Assembly: GCA_964016885.1 (NCBI GenBank)
Contig: OZ024740.1
Location: forward strand, 68,076,001-68,140,000
DNA length: 64,000 bases
From: Eledone cirrhosa
Lineage: Eukaryota
Reading direction: 5' to 3'
The notes below the pieces were generated by a model, which searched no databases, had not been told where the DNA came from, and saw nothing but the letters and a program-made list of their open reading frames with translations. The position numbers and the translations under genes are program-made. Position 1 is the stretch's first letter. Each line of letters begins with the position of its first letter. Shown one piece after another: positions 34,254-48,655 of the stretch.

Positions 34254-34737
34254 ACTGCACTTTTATATTTGTCTCAGAGACATATATGTATGTAAAAGTT
34301 AAACAGAAATAACAACACAATTGTTACAGTATATGGAAGGTATATATTAGGTTAACGCTTGATATAGCAGGGACAGGGACTTTATTATTATTATTATTTA
34401 TATATTCATGACGCGCTCCATCATCCACTTTCCTAAAAACAAATCATACACAAAACGCCAACACCAACAGTTTTGCAAGAGATGTCAACATGAATGGACT
34501 GTTATCTTTATCTAAAGAAATTTTTTCAAATTCCATCCCGCTCGTCCCCTCAATCTATTTTATTTCTCATTCTTTCTTCAGATGAAGGACTAGCGTCCGA
34601 AACGTTAAGATCCTGTCCCTGCTATATCAAGCGTTAACCTAATATATACCTTCCATATACTGTAACAATTGTGTTGTTATTTCTGTTTAACTTTTACATA
34701 CATATATGTCCTCTGTGACAAATATATAAGTGCAGTT
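34254..34737. mobile_element. Fold-back element family H (about 125-bp inverted arms) containing an HHR
   Basis: 34254-34378 is the reverse complement of 34611-34737. Confidence 0.85.
34575..34610 (+). ncRNA. Minimal hammerhead ribozyme family H (U4A)
   Basis: UCUU CAGAUGA A GGAC-UAGC-GUCC GAAA CG UU AAGA; palindromic ACGU stem III. Confidence 0.75.
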
Positions 34738-35229
34738 AAATAATAAAATCGAAATATAATAAAACAGCAAATCAAACGAGAGAATATAAAAAGAATGAAA
34801 AAAAATATTTTCTGCGATTGAAACATTGAATTAACTGATGTAGAATATATTTGAGACAAAATCAAATTAACGTAAATACATCTAATACATGTACGACACG
34901 ACATAGCTAGGCGTATATATTTAAGCATATAAAATAAAATGTGTGTATGCATGTATGTACGTATCTAAGCGTATATGTATGAATGCATGTATGAATCTAT
35001 GTATCTATGTATGTATGTATGTTCTTCTGGTTTTATAATTCACAAATGTTTGCCAATAAAGAGAGAGTCGGTTTCTAACATAGACACACGACTCTCTCGT
35101 TGGAATTTACACAACATCAACTAGGTAGATATGTCTGCATGTCTGCGTGCATGCATGTGTAGAAACAGATATTATTGTATGTGTGAATGTGTATGTTTTG
35201 AGTTGTATGTGTGCATGTGTATATGCAGT

Positions 35230-37560
35230 TATTAGATGCAACATTTTTGGAATGTTTTACATAATTTAAATGTTCCATTAATGGATTGTACTTGTAATTT
35301 CCTAACTAGTTGTGTTCTTTCTGATCCTGTGAAGTCCAGCTTCTCAAGATTTGTGTTGAGGCAGTTACCAACATTTTCCAGTGCCCCAATAATCACAGGC
35401 ATAAATCTGAGGTGTAATCAGGGTTGAGTATCTGCATATTCCAGTCAGTTTTGCATAAATATTCTCCTTTTCGCTAATCGTTGATATTATATTGGCATTT
35501 GCTGGGCAGCTAACTTCCACTACTGTCATGCCTTATTTTCCCTGTCCCAGATCATAATATCTGGTCTTTTATGCCTGCATTTTATTGGGGTATGTGGGAA
35601 ATTCAGTATATTTCATGTATGTACATGGATGTCTTCACATGGGGTCGGCTGTTAGCTTTTAATGTGTTTATTATCGGGCTATCTTTTTTACGAACTGCAT
35701 TGTACAGTGTTTTGTGGCCCTACATCATGCTCATAGGTAAATAGTACCGCGATGACATCTTTGGACAGCTGCTTATGACAGCTTGGTCCAAGATAGTCTA
35801 CTATCTTTATCTATATTACTCTCACGGTGTAGCTTCCTGGGAACACATCCATGCATGACTTTTTGCTGATAAGCATGCCGTTTTTCATCCATGATTTCAC
35901 TGCGATACTGGCTGAATGACTTCCCTGGGTGTGAGTTTTTGATTATCACACAGGGAATATCTCGAGGAGTTCCTTCCCTACTCTCATGATCGATCTGTTT
36001 CATGAAGATATACTTGCTCGAGAGACGTGCCCCTCTTTGAGGTTCGTAGCTTGTCGGAGTGATATGATGCGACATTCAAATGCTGCCTGACTGATGTTAG
36101 ACCTCTGCCTCCCTGCTTACGTTTCAAGTAAAGGCGTTATATATCAGTGTTGATGTGGACGTTTCCGGTGTTGTTTAGTATTTTCGAGTTCTAACATCAA
36201 TTGCTCGGTTTTCGTCTATCGTCCAATTGAGTATTCCAAACGTTGGTGTTAGGATAGGCCCAGCAAACATATTGTGAGCCACTGTTTTGTTTTGTGCAGA
36301 TAGTTCTGATGACCATATCTTTCTTAATCGGGTGTAGTATTCTCTGGTTACGCGTTCCTTATTACATATACCATTATAGGATATGTTCTCATCTATCCCC
36401 AGTTATCTCTAGCAGTCCTCATCAGATATCGGTGTAACAGTTAGGCCATTGATGACAATGTTGCTAGATTGGGTTGTTATTTTCCCCGCTTTACATTCAT
36501 ATATGAGCATTTATCTTGGACAAATTCTATTCCTATATCCTTTGAGAATGCTGTAACCAGGTCAAGATTTTTCTTCATCGAATCCATGTTCTTGGAATAG
36601 AGTTTCAGATAATCCACAAAGAAATTATGGGTTAGTTCGTATTTATGTCATCCTGTGAGCCAATGATGTATCCTTCACATTTCTTGAGCAGAAAGGACAA
36701 GGTGTTTAATGACAGGATGAATAATATCACAGAGAGAGACTGTCTCCCTGAAATATACGCCTGCGATATTTTATTTTATCAGTGAAAATAGAGTCCTCCT
36801 TCTCTGTCTTTAACTTGAGGATAATAGCCCAAGAAGAAGACAGCTTCTATATGGCCTGATAATAATGTCTGGGACTTTAGCAAGTCGGAGGGCCTCTATC
36901 ATCCAAGAGTGGGGAACAGAATCGAAAGCTTTCCTGTAGTCCAGTCAGACTGTAGCCATATACCCCTAAGTTATCGCACCTCCGACATCGCAGTTTTGTT
37001 GATTAGCAGTTGTTCAACACATACCCAAACCCCTTTCTTTCCAGCTGCTTGTTTATCTGTGATGATGTTATTATTTTCACAGTGATTTTGGAGGAATAGG
37101 TTCAGGCAGGCTGTATACATCTTATACATTAGGTTCTGGCAAGCATTGGGTCGGTATGTTTTTGCCAAGTGGGTATCTTTGCTCTTGGGGACCAGCAATG
37201 TTTGTGCTAATGTCAACCATTCTGGTATACATTTATCTTCCTTAAGAACTTGTTGGTAGAGGTCGGTAAGATACCTCCGATAGAATATCACTTTTTTGTA
37301 CCAGTAGCCGACAATCATGTTTATTCCTGGTGTTTTCTTATCTTGGAGTTTTACTATCACAATATCAAGGATACTTATTTTGTATGTTTTTGTTGTAGTG
37401 CAAGGGCAGTACTTCTTTTGGATTTATTTAAGCCACACAGCATCTGGGTTGAAATTCTTCTTTTCACCCCATATTTTTCTGCAAAGGGAATCTTTGTCTT
37501 TCTAGGATTGGGCCTCATTGACATTTACTATTTTGCCCTTCATATCTCTATAGACTGATG
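35230..37560 (-). mobile_element. R4/Dong-like non-LTR retrotransposon with restriction-like endonuclease (decayed, 5' truncated)
   Basis: PEWLTLAQTLLVPK, YRP.ACQNLMYK, EQLLINK, LDYRKAFDSVPHSW, FQGDSLS, FVD.LKL; C-terminal SCPK..YL, HKRPDIMIWD..VEVSCP, PVIIGAL. Confidence 0.8.
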
Positions 37561-38380
37561 TTTGGTTTCGTCTGAATCTTTTATTATGCACGTAAGTATT
37601 TTTATATCTATGTAGGTAGGTAGCTAAGTAGGCATGTATGTATTTATGTATGCATGTATGAATCTGCATGTATTATATACGTACGAATGTATGTTTGTAT
37701 GTATGATGTATGTCTGTATGTCTGAATCTATGTGCATATATATATATAGTAATAATAATAAATGCGAAGACTAAAATCCAAAGAGGGCTCGATAAGGATA
37801 AATATATATATGAAATATATAAGAACCATAGAGTAAATAATCATTAAAATAACAGATTAAAGTTTAAGCAAAGAATCGCTGATTTCACCCTTAACGGGAT
37901 TTTCTGTATTTGTGTATGTATATATGTATATAAGTGTGAAAGCAGCGATTCTGTGCTTGAACTTTAATCTGTTATCTTAATAAATATATATATGTGTGTG
38001 TGTTATGTGTGTTGCGTGTGTGTGTGTATGTGTGTGTGTGTTTGTGTACTTTTATTATACCTGTGTGTCGGTGCGTTATTAGTCTGTATCCTTTTGAGAA
38101 CAATCTTTGTCTTAGTTCACTTGGCTGCAAAAAGTATTTTGCATCTGTAATTAAACGAGTCAGCATTGTCACAAAACGTATGAAGCTGAATATAGTTGGG
38201 GAATACGTGAAGGATACATATATCTTCGGAATTTTGAGCCACTAGCGCATAAATTATTTGAGAAGCGGTGTTCGACTGGTCACTCAATAGGAACACTGAC
38301 CACTGTAACAGTCATAGACACAGACACACTAAGCGTACACATACACACACACACACACATACACATATAAATATATATAT

Positions 38381-38411
<31 letters not shown>

Positions 38412-38610
38412 CAATTTCTAATTCGTTTAGTATTGGACACTACTGCAACGTTTTTCTCCTGAAATTAATATTTACCGCCATATCTTGAATCTTCCCAACA
38501 CATTGAACAAAATTCCGTGTCGCGTTCGTTCTTTCTCTTTCTGTATATCTCTCTCTCCCTCACTTTTTCCACATACAGATACAAAAACATAAACACACAC
38601 ACATATGAAT

Positions 38611-38740
<130 letters not shown>

Positions 38741-38877
38741 TGAAATAACAGATTAAAGTTTAAGCAAAGAATATATTTGGTCTACGGTTCTTATATATTT
38801 GATATATATTTATCCTTATCGAGCCCTCTTTGGATTTTAGTCTTCAAATTTATTATTATTACTATATATATATATAT

Positions 38878-38995
38878 AAAGAGAAAGAGATGAAATCGAA
38901 AATGCAACTGGAGTCTTATTTAAAAAAAAATATATATATATTTAAAAAAAAAATAAGACTCCAGTTGCATTTTCGATTTCATCTCTTTTTCTTTA
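38878..38995. repeat. Short perfect fold-back
   Basis: aaagagatgaaatcgaaaatgcaactggagtcttattt / aaataagactccagttgcattttcgatttcatctcttt. Confidence 0.85.
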
Positions 38996-39075
38996 TACGT
39001 TCACTCGTGTAGGACACCTCGGTTATTTTTCATTTTGTTTAAAAAAAACCTCACTTTCTAATATATATATATATG

Positions 39076-39228
<153 letters not shown>

Positions 39229-39729
39229 AAATAAAAGTGTGATATGGAATGTAATGAAATATCTTCAATTATCTGATATTATCCTTGCAATTGGAAGAAA
39301 AGAATTCCCTTCTGGCTGTTCAACAGCTAAGAAAAGTGTGGGGAGGGGGCAGGAATAGGGGAGTTAATCAATTAAACCAAGTTTTAACTATCTAGGACAA
39401 TGTAGAGAGGTGTGAATATTGCCTGGTATATATATATATATATACAGACACATATATATAGACACACACATATATATATATGGTGTGTGTGTGTATGTAT
39501 ATATATATATTTATATATATTTCTTTATATATATTTAAGTTAACGATGTATCGTTTAAGGCAATCCAAATCGGTATATTGAGAATTTGGTTTGGTGTATA
39601 CTGTAGTTAAATCGTATACCGTGGCATACGGCGGACAGCGGTTTTTAGACACACCGGACATTCGAAACATTTATTAATTCTTGGAATAATCCCTACTGTA
39701 CAGCCGACCCGTGCCATTCTTCACTCCTT

Positions 39730-39808
<79 letters not shown>

Positions 39809-39857
39809 AAATAGCCGTCGAAACGGCTTGAGCTGTGGCGTCGGGATCATACTTTTT

Positions 39858-39933
<76 letters not shown>

Positions 39934-40023
39934 TATATGTAGTTAAAACATCGACGGGAACAAAACAAAGAGGCTGTACAAATAAGAGTTGATTAGGTTC
40001 AAGCTTTTGAGAGTGGGATGGTG

Positions 40024-40082
<59 letters not shown>

Positions 40083-40253
40083 TTATATATATAAATAAAT
40101 ATACACGGGTGTGTATGATTGTGTATAGAAGATTATATTAATAAAAGGAATTGCAACTTTGTCTGATTTACTAGTTTTATTTACAATCCTCTAAAATTAT
40201 AGTGATATTATAATGAAATATTATCGTAGAATATTAAATGTTAAGTGTTAATT

Positions 40254-40290
40254 GAACAAGTACTTTGATGCTTCCACAATTTTCAGGTTC
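40254..40290 (-). ncRNA. Decayed copy of hammerhead family I (G8A, G12C; probably inactive)
   Basis: rc GAAC CUGAAAA UUGUGGAAGCAU CAAA GUAC UU GUUC within a 40120-40320 copy of the 43237 element. Confidence 0.6.
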
Positions 40291-40438
40291 ATATTCAGTG
40301 GTGACAGTCAACTTTGCAATGTTCAACTGTATAGGTGTTACACTGTAAAACCCTTCATATTATAAATTAAATATTTCATACACTCCATGACGTATTTTGC
40401 AAATCCCTTTTCCACAAACACAGAGAGACAGAAACCCG

Positions 40439-40638
40439 NNNNNNNNNNNNNNNNNNNNNNNNNNNNNNNNNNNNNNNNNNNNNNNNNNNNNNNNNNNNNN
40501 NNNNNNNNNNNNNNNNNNNNNNNNNNNNNNNNNNNNNNNNNNNNNNNNNNNNNNNNNNNNNNNNNNNNNNNNNNNNNNNNNNNNNNNNNNNNNNNNNNNN
40601 NNNNNNNNNNNNNNNNNNNNNNNNNNNNNNNNNNNNNN
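40439..40638. other. Assembly gap (200 N)
   Basis: Run of n. Confidence 1.
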
Positions 40639-41191
40639 TCAAAGATTTAGGTATAACATGATTGCATTTTAATGTAATTGACTGCACATATACGCATAAA
40701 TAATAACACGTACACTCACGCATACACACACGCATATATATATATATGTACAAACAAATAAATAATCTTCCTATAGAAGTGAATCTTGATTGATTTTCAC
40801 AATCCATTTTATAGACTTGACTTCCTAACACAATAAAATATACGTGAATTTCCTTTTAAGCATCATTACTGAGACACTCAATTTTTGGCAAAAATACTAC
40901 AAAGACTTTCTACTCCGAATCACGTCATCATACATTTTTTTACGCAAAAATCTCCACAACTCTATACCTGATCACGTGATACTCAACAATCAATCCAACT
41001 CTAGTTTAAATAGATAACAATCTGAGCCAATTTTTTTCTTTTTTTTTGCATACAACGGAAAGAAATTTCCAACACAACAGATGCATGAAACTTCCCGACA
41101 CAGCCTCACATCACTCCACTTCAATTAATTGTGAAAATCTTTCAAACTTGGAATTGGTAACGTTATTACTATAATTGTCAACACATTTTTC

Positions 41192-42050
41192 AATATATAT
41201 ATATAATACTAAAAGTCTGTGTTTGTTTGCTTGCTGGTCTGTAATGCAAACAGACAAAACGGCGCATAATGGGAAAATACTTTGAAAGGAAGTTGACCCT
41301 GAAATGGGAACGTAAATGGAATAAAACAAGTTTCGCGAAAATCGAAGCAGGCTTTCTTGAGTTATGGGTTTTTTTTTCGAGTAACTTCATAAATAGCCAA
41401 AACGCTGAATAATAGAAAAATACTCCGAAAGTAAAATAACTCTGAAATGTAAATACAAACGGAATAAAACAGGTTTGACGTAAATCGGACTTATACAGTA
41501 TTGTCATTATTAAACAAATATTTTAAAGTGAATAGGATTTAAATAATACATTTAAACATTTTTTTCGTGATTTTTTAGTGATTTGTCAGTGAATATGATT
41601 TCAAAAATACAAGTTGTTTGTACTTTAAGTATCTATATTTCAGCTTTCTTTAAACAGACGATGAAATAGACGATATCTTAATTATGAAAAAAAAAAAAAA
41701 AACATTTTATTTTGAATATGACTGAAAAGTATTTATCATTTTGCTTTTATTAAACAGACTATCTGAATTATTTAGAAATATTTTTAAGTGAATGTGATTT
41801 CGAACATACAAGTTGTTCGTACAGTAAGTATTTATATTTTAGTTTTCTTTACACAGACAATAATTTAATTTTTTTAATTATTATTTTCAAGTGAATATGA
41901 TGAAAAAAATATGTTTTGGCATATTCAATAAATATTCTCATGTGAGATAACCTTCCAATTTCATTTTACATTATTTACACGTCTATATATTTTTTAATTA
42001 TTTAAAAATTATTATTAAGGGAACGTGACACAACGGATCACGGTTGGTAT
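41192..42050 (+). mobile_element. Putative non-autonomous Helitron-like element (related 5' fragment at about 62318-62470)
   Basis: Starts tatatataatactaaaagtctgtgtttgtttg (short internal microsatellite) and ends gtgacacaacggatcacggttggt (decayed hairpin and end); shared gcataatgggaaaatactttg with 62378. Confidence 0.4.
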
Positions 42051-42468
42051 ATTATATACATAAAATCAGAATTTAGCTTTGACATAATTGTTAGCATATA
42101 TGTATGTGAATTTCGTACATCTACTGATATACAGAAAGTTTAATAAATACAAATTCTAAAAGTTTCAGCTGTTAATAGAAGGCTGACAGCCAGCGCCATC
42201 GAACGGAATCGAGTAGAGGCATGGGGGATAATTGTCTATGGAAATCAAACTTAAATGGTGCTCGTCAAGACAATGGTTCCCTCTGATTACTGGTGGCTTT
42301 GAGATGTGCGAAAACACATAGTTTTTTCGACTGTGTCAATGGCCTCATTTGCATACTAAGCTGTATAAGATGTAAGAAATTCACATATATGTATGTATAC
42401 AGGTACATTGAATCCATTTAAATTGTGCCAACCTATATAGTTCGTATGCCAATGAGGCTAATCAGCAC

Positions 42469-42504
<36 letters not shown>

Positions 42505-42594
42505 GGATCGATCGACTTTCGTCAAATCGGACCGAGGAAACAATGTTTTCGTCGGTCTTTCCAGTTGCTAATACTATCTATCGGTCGCAACCCC

Positions 42595-42722
42595 AGGTAG
42601 AAGGAGCAACGTGAAATAAAGTGTCTTGCTCAAGGACATAATGCATCGCCCGGTCCAGGAATCGAACTGACAATCTCAAGATTGTGAATCCAATTCTCTA
42701 ACCACTCAGCCACACGCCTTCA
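42595..42722 (-). mobile_element. tRNA-derived SINE with CORE-like domain
   Basis: rc gtgtggctgagtggttaga (A-box)...gttcgattcctgg (B-box)...tgtccttgagcaagacacttta. Confidence 0.75.
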
Positions 42723-42741
42723 CTTATATATATATATATAT

Positions 42742-42874
<133 letters not shown>

Positions 42875-43350
42875 GCAGAAGTATGGAAGAATATATATAT
42901 ATATATATATATATATATTCTTCCATACTTCTGCCAAATTGTGAATATATTGTCGTCTGTGTTGCGCACTGTTCCTCTACAAGTCTATGCTAAATGTTTG
43001 AGCAAAAGATGCAGGGAGATTGTAGAGTCCAATCTAGCTGATGTATATATCCTCTTTGTATAAAATTGAAGGTAAACTTAAACGTATGTGAATGTAGTGT
43101 TTACCTAAAATGAGTGTGAAAATATGATGAATATACATGAACACATACACCCATACACACATACATACACAAACTTACATACGCATACACCATGACACAC
43201 CACTCACACACATATACATATATATATATATATGTTAATAAAAGGAATTCCAACTTTGTCTGATTTACTCGTTTTATTTACAATCCTTTAAAATTATAAT
43301 GATATTATAATGAAATAGTATGGTAGAATATTAAGTGTTAAATGTTAATT

Positions 43351-43387
43351 GAACAAGTACTTTCATGCTTTTGCAATCTTCAGGTTC
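43351..43387 (-). ncRNA. Minimal hammerhead ribozyme family I
   Basis: rc GAAC CUGAAGA U UGC-AAAA-GCA U GAAA GUAC UU GUUC. Confidence 0.88.
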
Positions 43388-43455
43388 CCATTCAGTGGTG
43401 ACAGTCAAGTTTGCAATTTTCGAAATTTGCAAACTTTACTGTCACCACTGAATGG

Positions 43456-43492
43456 GAACCTGAAGATTGCAAAAGCATGAAAGTACTTGTTC
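43456..43492 (+). ncRNA. Minimal hammerhead ribozyme family I
   Basis: GAAC CUGAAGA U UGC-AAAA-GCA U GAAA GUAC UU GUUC; palindromic AGUACU. Confidence 0.88.
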
Positions 43493-43627
43493 AATTAACA
43501 TTTAACACTTAATATTCTACCATACTATTTCATTATAATATCATTATAATTTTAAAGGATTGTAAATAAAACGAGTAAATCAGAAAAAGTTGGAATTCCT
43601 TTTATTAATATAATCTTCTATACATCA

Positions 43628-43744
<117 letters not shown>

Positions 43745-43802
43745 CATATATGTATATATATACACATGTATATATGTATATATATACATGTATATATGTA
43801 TA

Positions 43803-43849
<47 letters not shown>

Positions 43850-43853
43850 ATAT

Positions 43854-44600
43854 ATCACCTTGATCACCTTGACCGGTCACTCTGTCGTCCACTCGGCGCC
43901 GCTGGTCACAGCACGCTGTCCATTCATCTCTGGATCGTGCTTTCCTCATCCATGTAGTCCCAATCGTATTCCTAAAATAGCAACTCCACCCTCGTAGAGC
44001 CTTCCGAGTTGTCGTTTCCGCTCGCAAGGATACCACTCGGCAACTGCGTGGGTACACCGATTATCGGTGAACCGGGCGACGTGTCCAGCCCATCTGAACA
44101 TGCTGCGCATATATTCCGTGATGACGTCCCTCACACCGGACTTCGGTCTGATGAGTTCGCTCCTGATGTGCTCTCTCAACGAGATTCATGATATTGATCT
44201 CTCCATGGCTCTTTGAGCCGTTACCACTATCTGCTCTCATCTCTTCGATGTAGCCCAAGTTTCTCTGCCATATAACATTGCAGGTAAAACTGTGGAATTG
44301 AAGAGGTCGACGCGGTTGGTCTTGTCCAACCTCCCTTTGAGCACATCCCTTATGTCGTTCAACGCCTTCCTTCCGGCCCTTACACTCCGCGAGATCTCCC
44401 TCTCAATGTCTCGGCGCATGTTCACTTCTTGTACTAGGTAGACGTATTCCTCCACCTCCTCTATTTCCACTCCGCCAACCACCATTCGACCTGTTGGTAC
44501 GTTGTCGGCACGCATGAACTTCGTGTTCATGCGTTTCACCTTGAGGCCTACTGCAGAGATTTTGATGTCGAGCACTGTCAGCATGGTCTGAAGCTGATCC
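43854..44600 (-). mobile_element. 5'-truncated RTE LINE (3' RT/C-terminal fragment)
   Basis: GLKVKRMNTKFM, EEYVYL, VLPAMLYGRETW, RWAGHVAR..WYP..KRQLGR; (CAAGGTGAT)2 tail into TA. Confidence 0.85.
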
Positions 44601-44865
44601 GTATAATAATAATAAATGTTAAGACATGCCGTTAAGGGTGAAAGCAGCGTTTCTTTGCTTAAACTTGAATCTGGTGTTTTTATATATATGTATATATGAA
44701 TATATATTTAATACATTAACAGAGAAAGCTTTAAGCGATACTCTGACCAACTCCATCTCACTCAACAAACATTAGGATATACCTAAGTATCATTCCAATT
44801 AAGTGTTAGGGTGCTAACTAAGTAGTATTCAGTGGAAAATTGGTTGTATTCTTTCATATGAGACA

Positions 44866-44929
<64 letters not shown>

Positions 44930-45475
44930 AAAAATGGAGTGCTCCGTGGTTGCACATGGGTTACATATGAATAAAATTAGTCCTTCATCAGTGATCTTCC
45001 AACCTTCATTGGTATTTCATCGCTTTAAAAATCATATACCTCTGGTTGGTGCAAGCAATAACTAAATAAAGTTATTGGGACAAGTAAAATAGCGTGAAGC
45101 GAGCGAGTCCTGTAAACAAATAAAGATGGTATTGCAACGGAAAGATAGGAAGAGATAAGTGCATGATATCTATAAGCTTAAGCTTGGTGAATTAATGGAC
45201 GAGAGATACAGACCATCCGACATGGGTGAGATGTGAGCGAGAAAAGGAATTCACAGAGGTCAAACGGGAGGAAGTGAGAGATGGGAGAAGGAGAGAGTGA
45301 GTGAGTGGAAGTGTGAGGAAGAGGCCATCCGAGAGAGAGTGTGACTGGCAGAGGGGGTAAAAAGAAGGTGAGAGATACAGAGAGAGGGGAAGCAGTAAGA
45401 AAAAAACAGACAATCGCAGCTGAGGAAAAAATATAAATATGAAAACAGTTTAAAATGTTACCGATATTCTAGTGA

Positions 45476-48400
45476 ACCTAAAGTCCAATCCCCACCTCCA
45501 ACCTAAAGTACAACCCCTCCTCAACGTGGCAGGGCGGTGGCAACGGGTAGTGTCCGAGCTACGCCAAGGCGGCACCCAACGGTATTAAGGCCGCAACCCG
45601 GCAAAAGAGGCTCTGGTGAAAATACAAGAGATGTCTGCTCCGGTAAACGGCGGTTTCGTGTCGTTTCTGTCCCTGCATCTGTGGAGAATCTGCGGCAAAC
45701 ATGACATCTTTTCCCCTCGTTCGGGATATACATGCGGGTGTTTTGGGGACTGCTTGTGAATTCACTACTCCCATGACACTTCTTCCATGAATCCTATACG
45801 AACTATGAATACAAACTGCCTTCCCGCTCGAACGCAATGCATAGCAACAGCACTCCTACCGCTATGGCTCTACAGACTACTCCCGCAGTAGTCCCGCTCT
45901 TCAGACGAAGGAAGTAATTGAGGGTGGCGTGCTGGAACGTCCGAACACTTCGTGACGACGGTGTCCAGGCACTTACAATGAAGGATCTGCACAGGTACTG
46001 CATTAGTGTCGCTTGCCTTTCAGAAGTTCGACTTCCCGATGTTGGTCATATTCCGATCAAAGTTCCTGGCGAGGACATCTCCTACCACTTGTACCATCGT
46101 GGCGTGACTGACAACAGTGGCCTTCACGGGGTCGCTGTAGCGCTCGGCCCCGACGTGGAAGCGGCTCTTCTGGCGTGGCAGCCGATCTCACACCGTCAAA
46201 TCTCCAACATCAGCCTAATTGCCGTCTACGCTCCCACACTCAATGCGGACGAGGCGGACAAGACGCAGTTCTATGCCGATCTCCAAACAACCTTGGATGG
46301 CGTCCCCTCCAGTGATGTTCTTATTGTCGCTGGGGAGTGGAATGCGCGGACGGGGCCCGGCTGATGATACAACATGGCATATTCTAGGACGCATCGCCCT
46401 AGGCGTACGCTGTGACAATGGTGAACGGCTCGTGTCCTTCGCGGATGCCATCATCTTATCGACTCGCGTGCGCATCGGAGGGGGTGGGGGCTGATAAGGG
46501 CAGTGAACATGGGTCAGACGATACTCTTGTTCGGACAACCCTTCGTCTGTGGCTGCGGGCGAAACCTACTCCCAATCGCCAGAAAAGGATCGACATCTCG
46601 CGGCTCAAGCTCGATGCTGGAAATGCTTTCCGGCTAGAGCTGGAAAACCGATTCTAAATGCTGAGTAACGAAGTGGAACAGCAACCGGAGCAGGAATGCA
46701 ACGCGCTCAGGGGGGGCGACCTTTGAAGTGGACAGGGAGCATCTCGGGTCGACCCGAAGGCGTGATCGGGACTGGATCTCCAGCGGCATTCTTGAACTCG
46801 CGGAGCGGGCGAGAGTGGCCCAACTCGAGGCTTCACTCAATCTTCGAGATCTTCAACGTCGCACATCTCGGGCTATTTGGGCCGATCGGAATGCACACTG
46901 GCGCGGGTTTGCGGAGCAGACGGAGAGGGCAGCAGCCTGTGGTGACTCGCGCAAGCTCTACCGACTGGTGAAGCGGGAAGCCGAAGCAGTACGGGTATCA
47001 GCGAGACGATCCGTGATCCGTACGGGGACGTCATTACCAATCTTAATGACCGGCTAGTCCGATGGCGGGACCATTTCTCCGAGCTGCTCAGCCACCTGCC
47101 ACCATCCACGCCAACCTACGTGCATCCTTCCTGAGAAGAATACGGGTGCAGCACTGCCCCTCCAACGGTCGAGGAGGTACGTGGTGTCCTTACACATCTC
47201 CGGAACAACAAGGCGCCCGATCGAGGATGGCGTTCCAGCTGAGGTCTACAAGGCCGAGCCTGATGTCTTCGCAGCTTGGCTCCATCGAGTATTCTCCTCG
47301 GTGTAGGCGACGGAGCGGTTCCCTGGTGACTGGAGCGAGGCAACTCACCTACCCTTCTTCAAAAGGGGCGATAGGAAACAGTGTTCCAACTAGAGGGTAT
47401 CAGTTTAATTGACGTTGCTGCCAAGACTTTCACAATTCTTCTATTGAAGTGGTTCCAGGCTATCCGTGATATCCGTACCCGTCCTTCTCAGGGCGGCCTT
47501 CGACTCGGTAGATCTGGAAGCCCTATGGCGTATAATGCAGGTGGACGGCATCCCAGGGAAGATGCTTCATCGCATACAAGGCTACTACCGGTCGTCTCGA
47601 GCTCGAGTGAGGGTCTATGGAGGGGAGACGGAGTCGTTCGATGTTGGGACCGGTGTTCGGCAGGGGTGTGCGCAACCGCCAACTCTCTTTGACTACGCCA
47701 TTGACTACACTCTCAACACAGCGCTCCGGGATTACCCGGGCGTAAAGGTCGGGAGAGGGTTCGTAGTGACGGACCTGGCCTACTCAGATGACATCGTGCT
47801 GATGGGCGCTAACGGGACAGATGTACAAGGTGCTCTCGAAAGGGTACACACTGCAGCCGCCGCTGTTGGTCTACGAATCAATGCCGCCAAGTCCAAAGTC
47901 ATGATGTCACTGGTCTCGCCTGATGCCTGGCAGCCCATATCTCTCGAGGGCGTGGACCTGGAGGATGTGGAGTCCTTCATCTACCTGGGCTCAACAGTGG
48001 TTCGAACGGGACAGGGCGCAGCCGAGATCAAGCGTCGCATAGGTACTACCAGATCTGCTTTTGGGTGCCTCCAGCGGTGTTTGTACGACAGAAGAGAGAT
48101 CACCTCGGAGACCAAAGGGCGAATCTACAAGGCCGTCGTTCGCACTATCCTCCACTATGGCTGTGAAACATGGCCTATGAGGTTAGTCGATCAACGAGGG
48201 CTGGAGGTCTTCGACAATGACTGTCTCCGCTGCATTCTTCGCTGCCGACTCGTTGATCGGGTACCTACCACCAGTCTTTGTCTTCGCCTTAATCTTCGAC
48301 CCCTTCCTTCAGTGCTTCTGCAACGGCGCTTGAGATGGTTTTGTCACGCAGCCCGACGCTCTGCGGGTGAGCTGATCCACGATATTCTCCTCCCACCTCC

Positions 48401-48655
48401 ACTCCATAACTGGTGCAATCGCGTTGGCGGGCAGCTGAAGACCTGTGCAACGACGATCAAGGAGGACCTCTCCGAACTCTCAGGTCCGAAGGTGGTCGGC
48501 CTGCGCCGATGGAACCGTGACTGGCTTGCTATCTCTCGTGACCTAGCCCAGGACCGTCGTGCCTGGGCTGCCATCGTTCGGAATGCCGTCAGGACAAGGG
48601 AAGAAGCCGGCTCTACCCGTCCAGGGTGAATGTCGACACAAGTACAAGTATGTAA
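45476..48655 (+). mobile_element. Full-length GC-rich RTE LINE (APE + RT, frameshifted) with 13-bp TSD
   Basis: TSD GATATTCTAGTGA at 45463-45475 and 48656-48668; ACWNVRTL, LSEVR, VYAPT, AGEWNA; AAFDSV, GVRQG, YSDD, FIYLG, LHYGCETW; CAAGTA tail. Confidence 0.92.

Larger units (their letters stand above)
43237..43610. mobile_element. About 370-bp near-perfect palindrome of HHR element family I in (TA)n
   Basis: 43237-43416 is the reverse complement of 43428-43610. Confidence 0.9.

Noticed and set aside
42640-42722. tRNA gene
   Set aside because: The A/B boxes belong to a SINE head and continue into a CORE-like body; no complete cloverleaf
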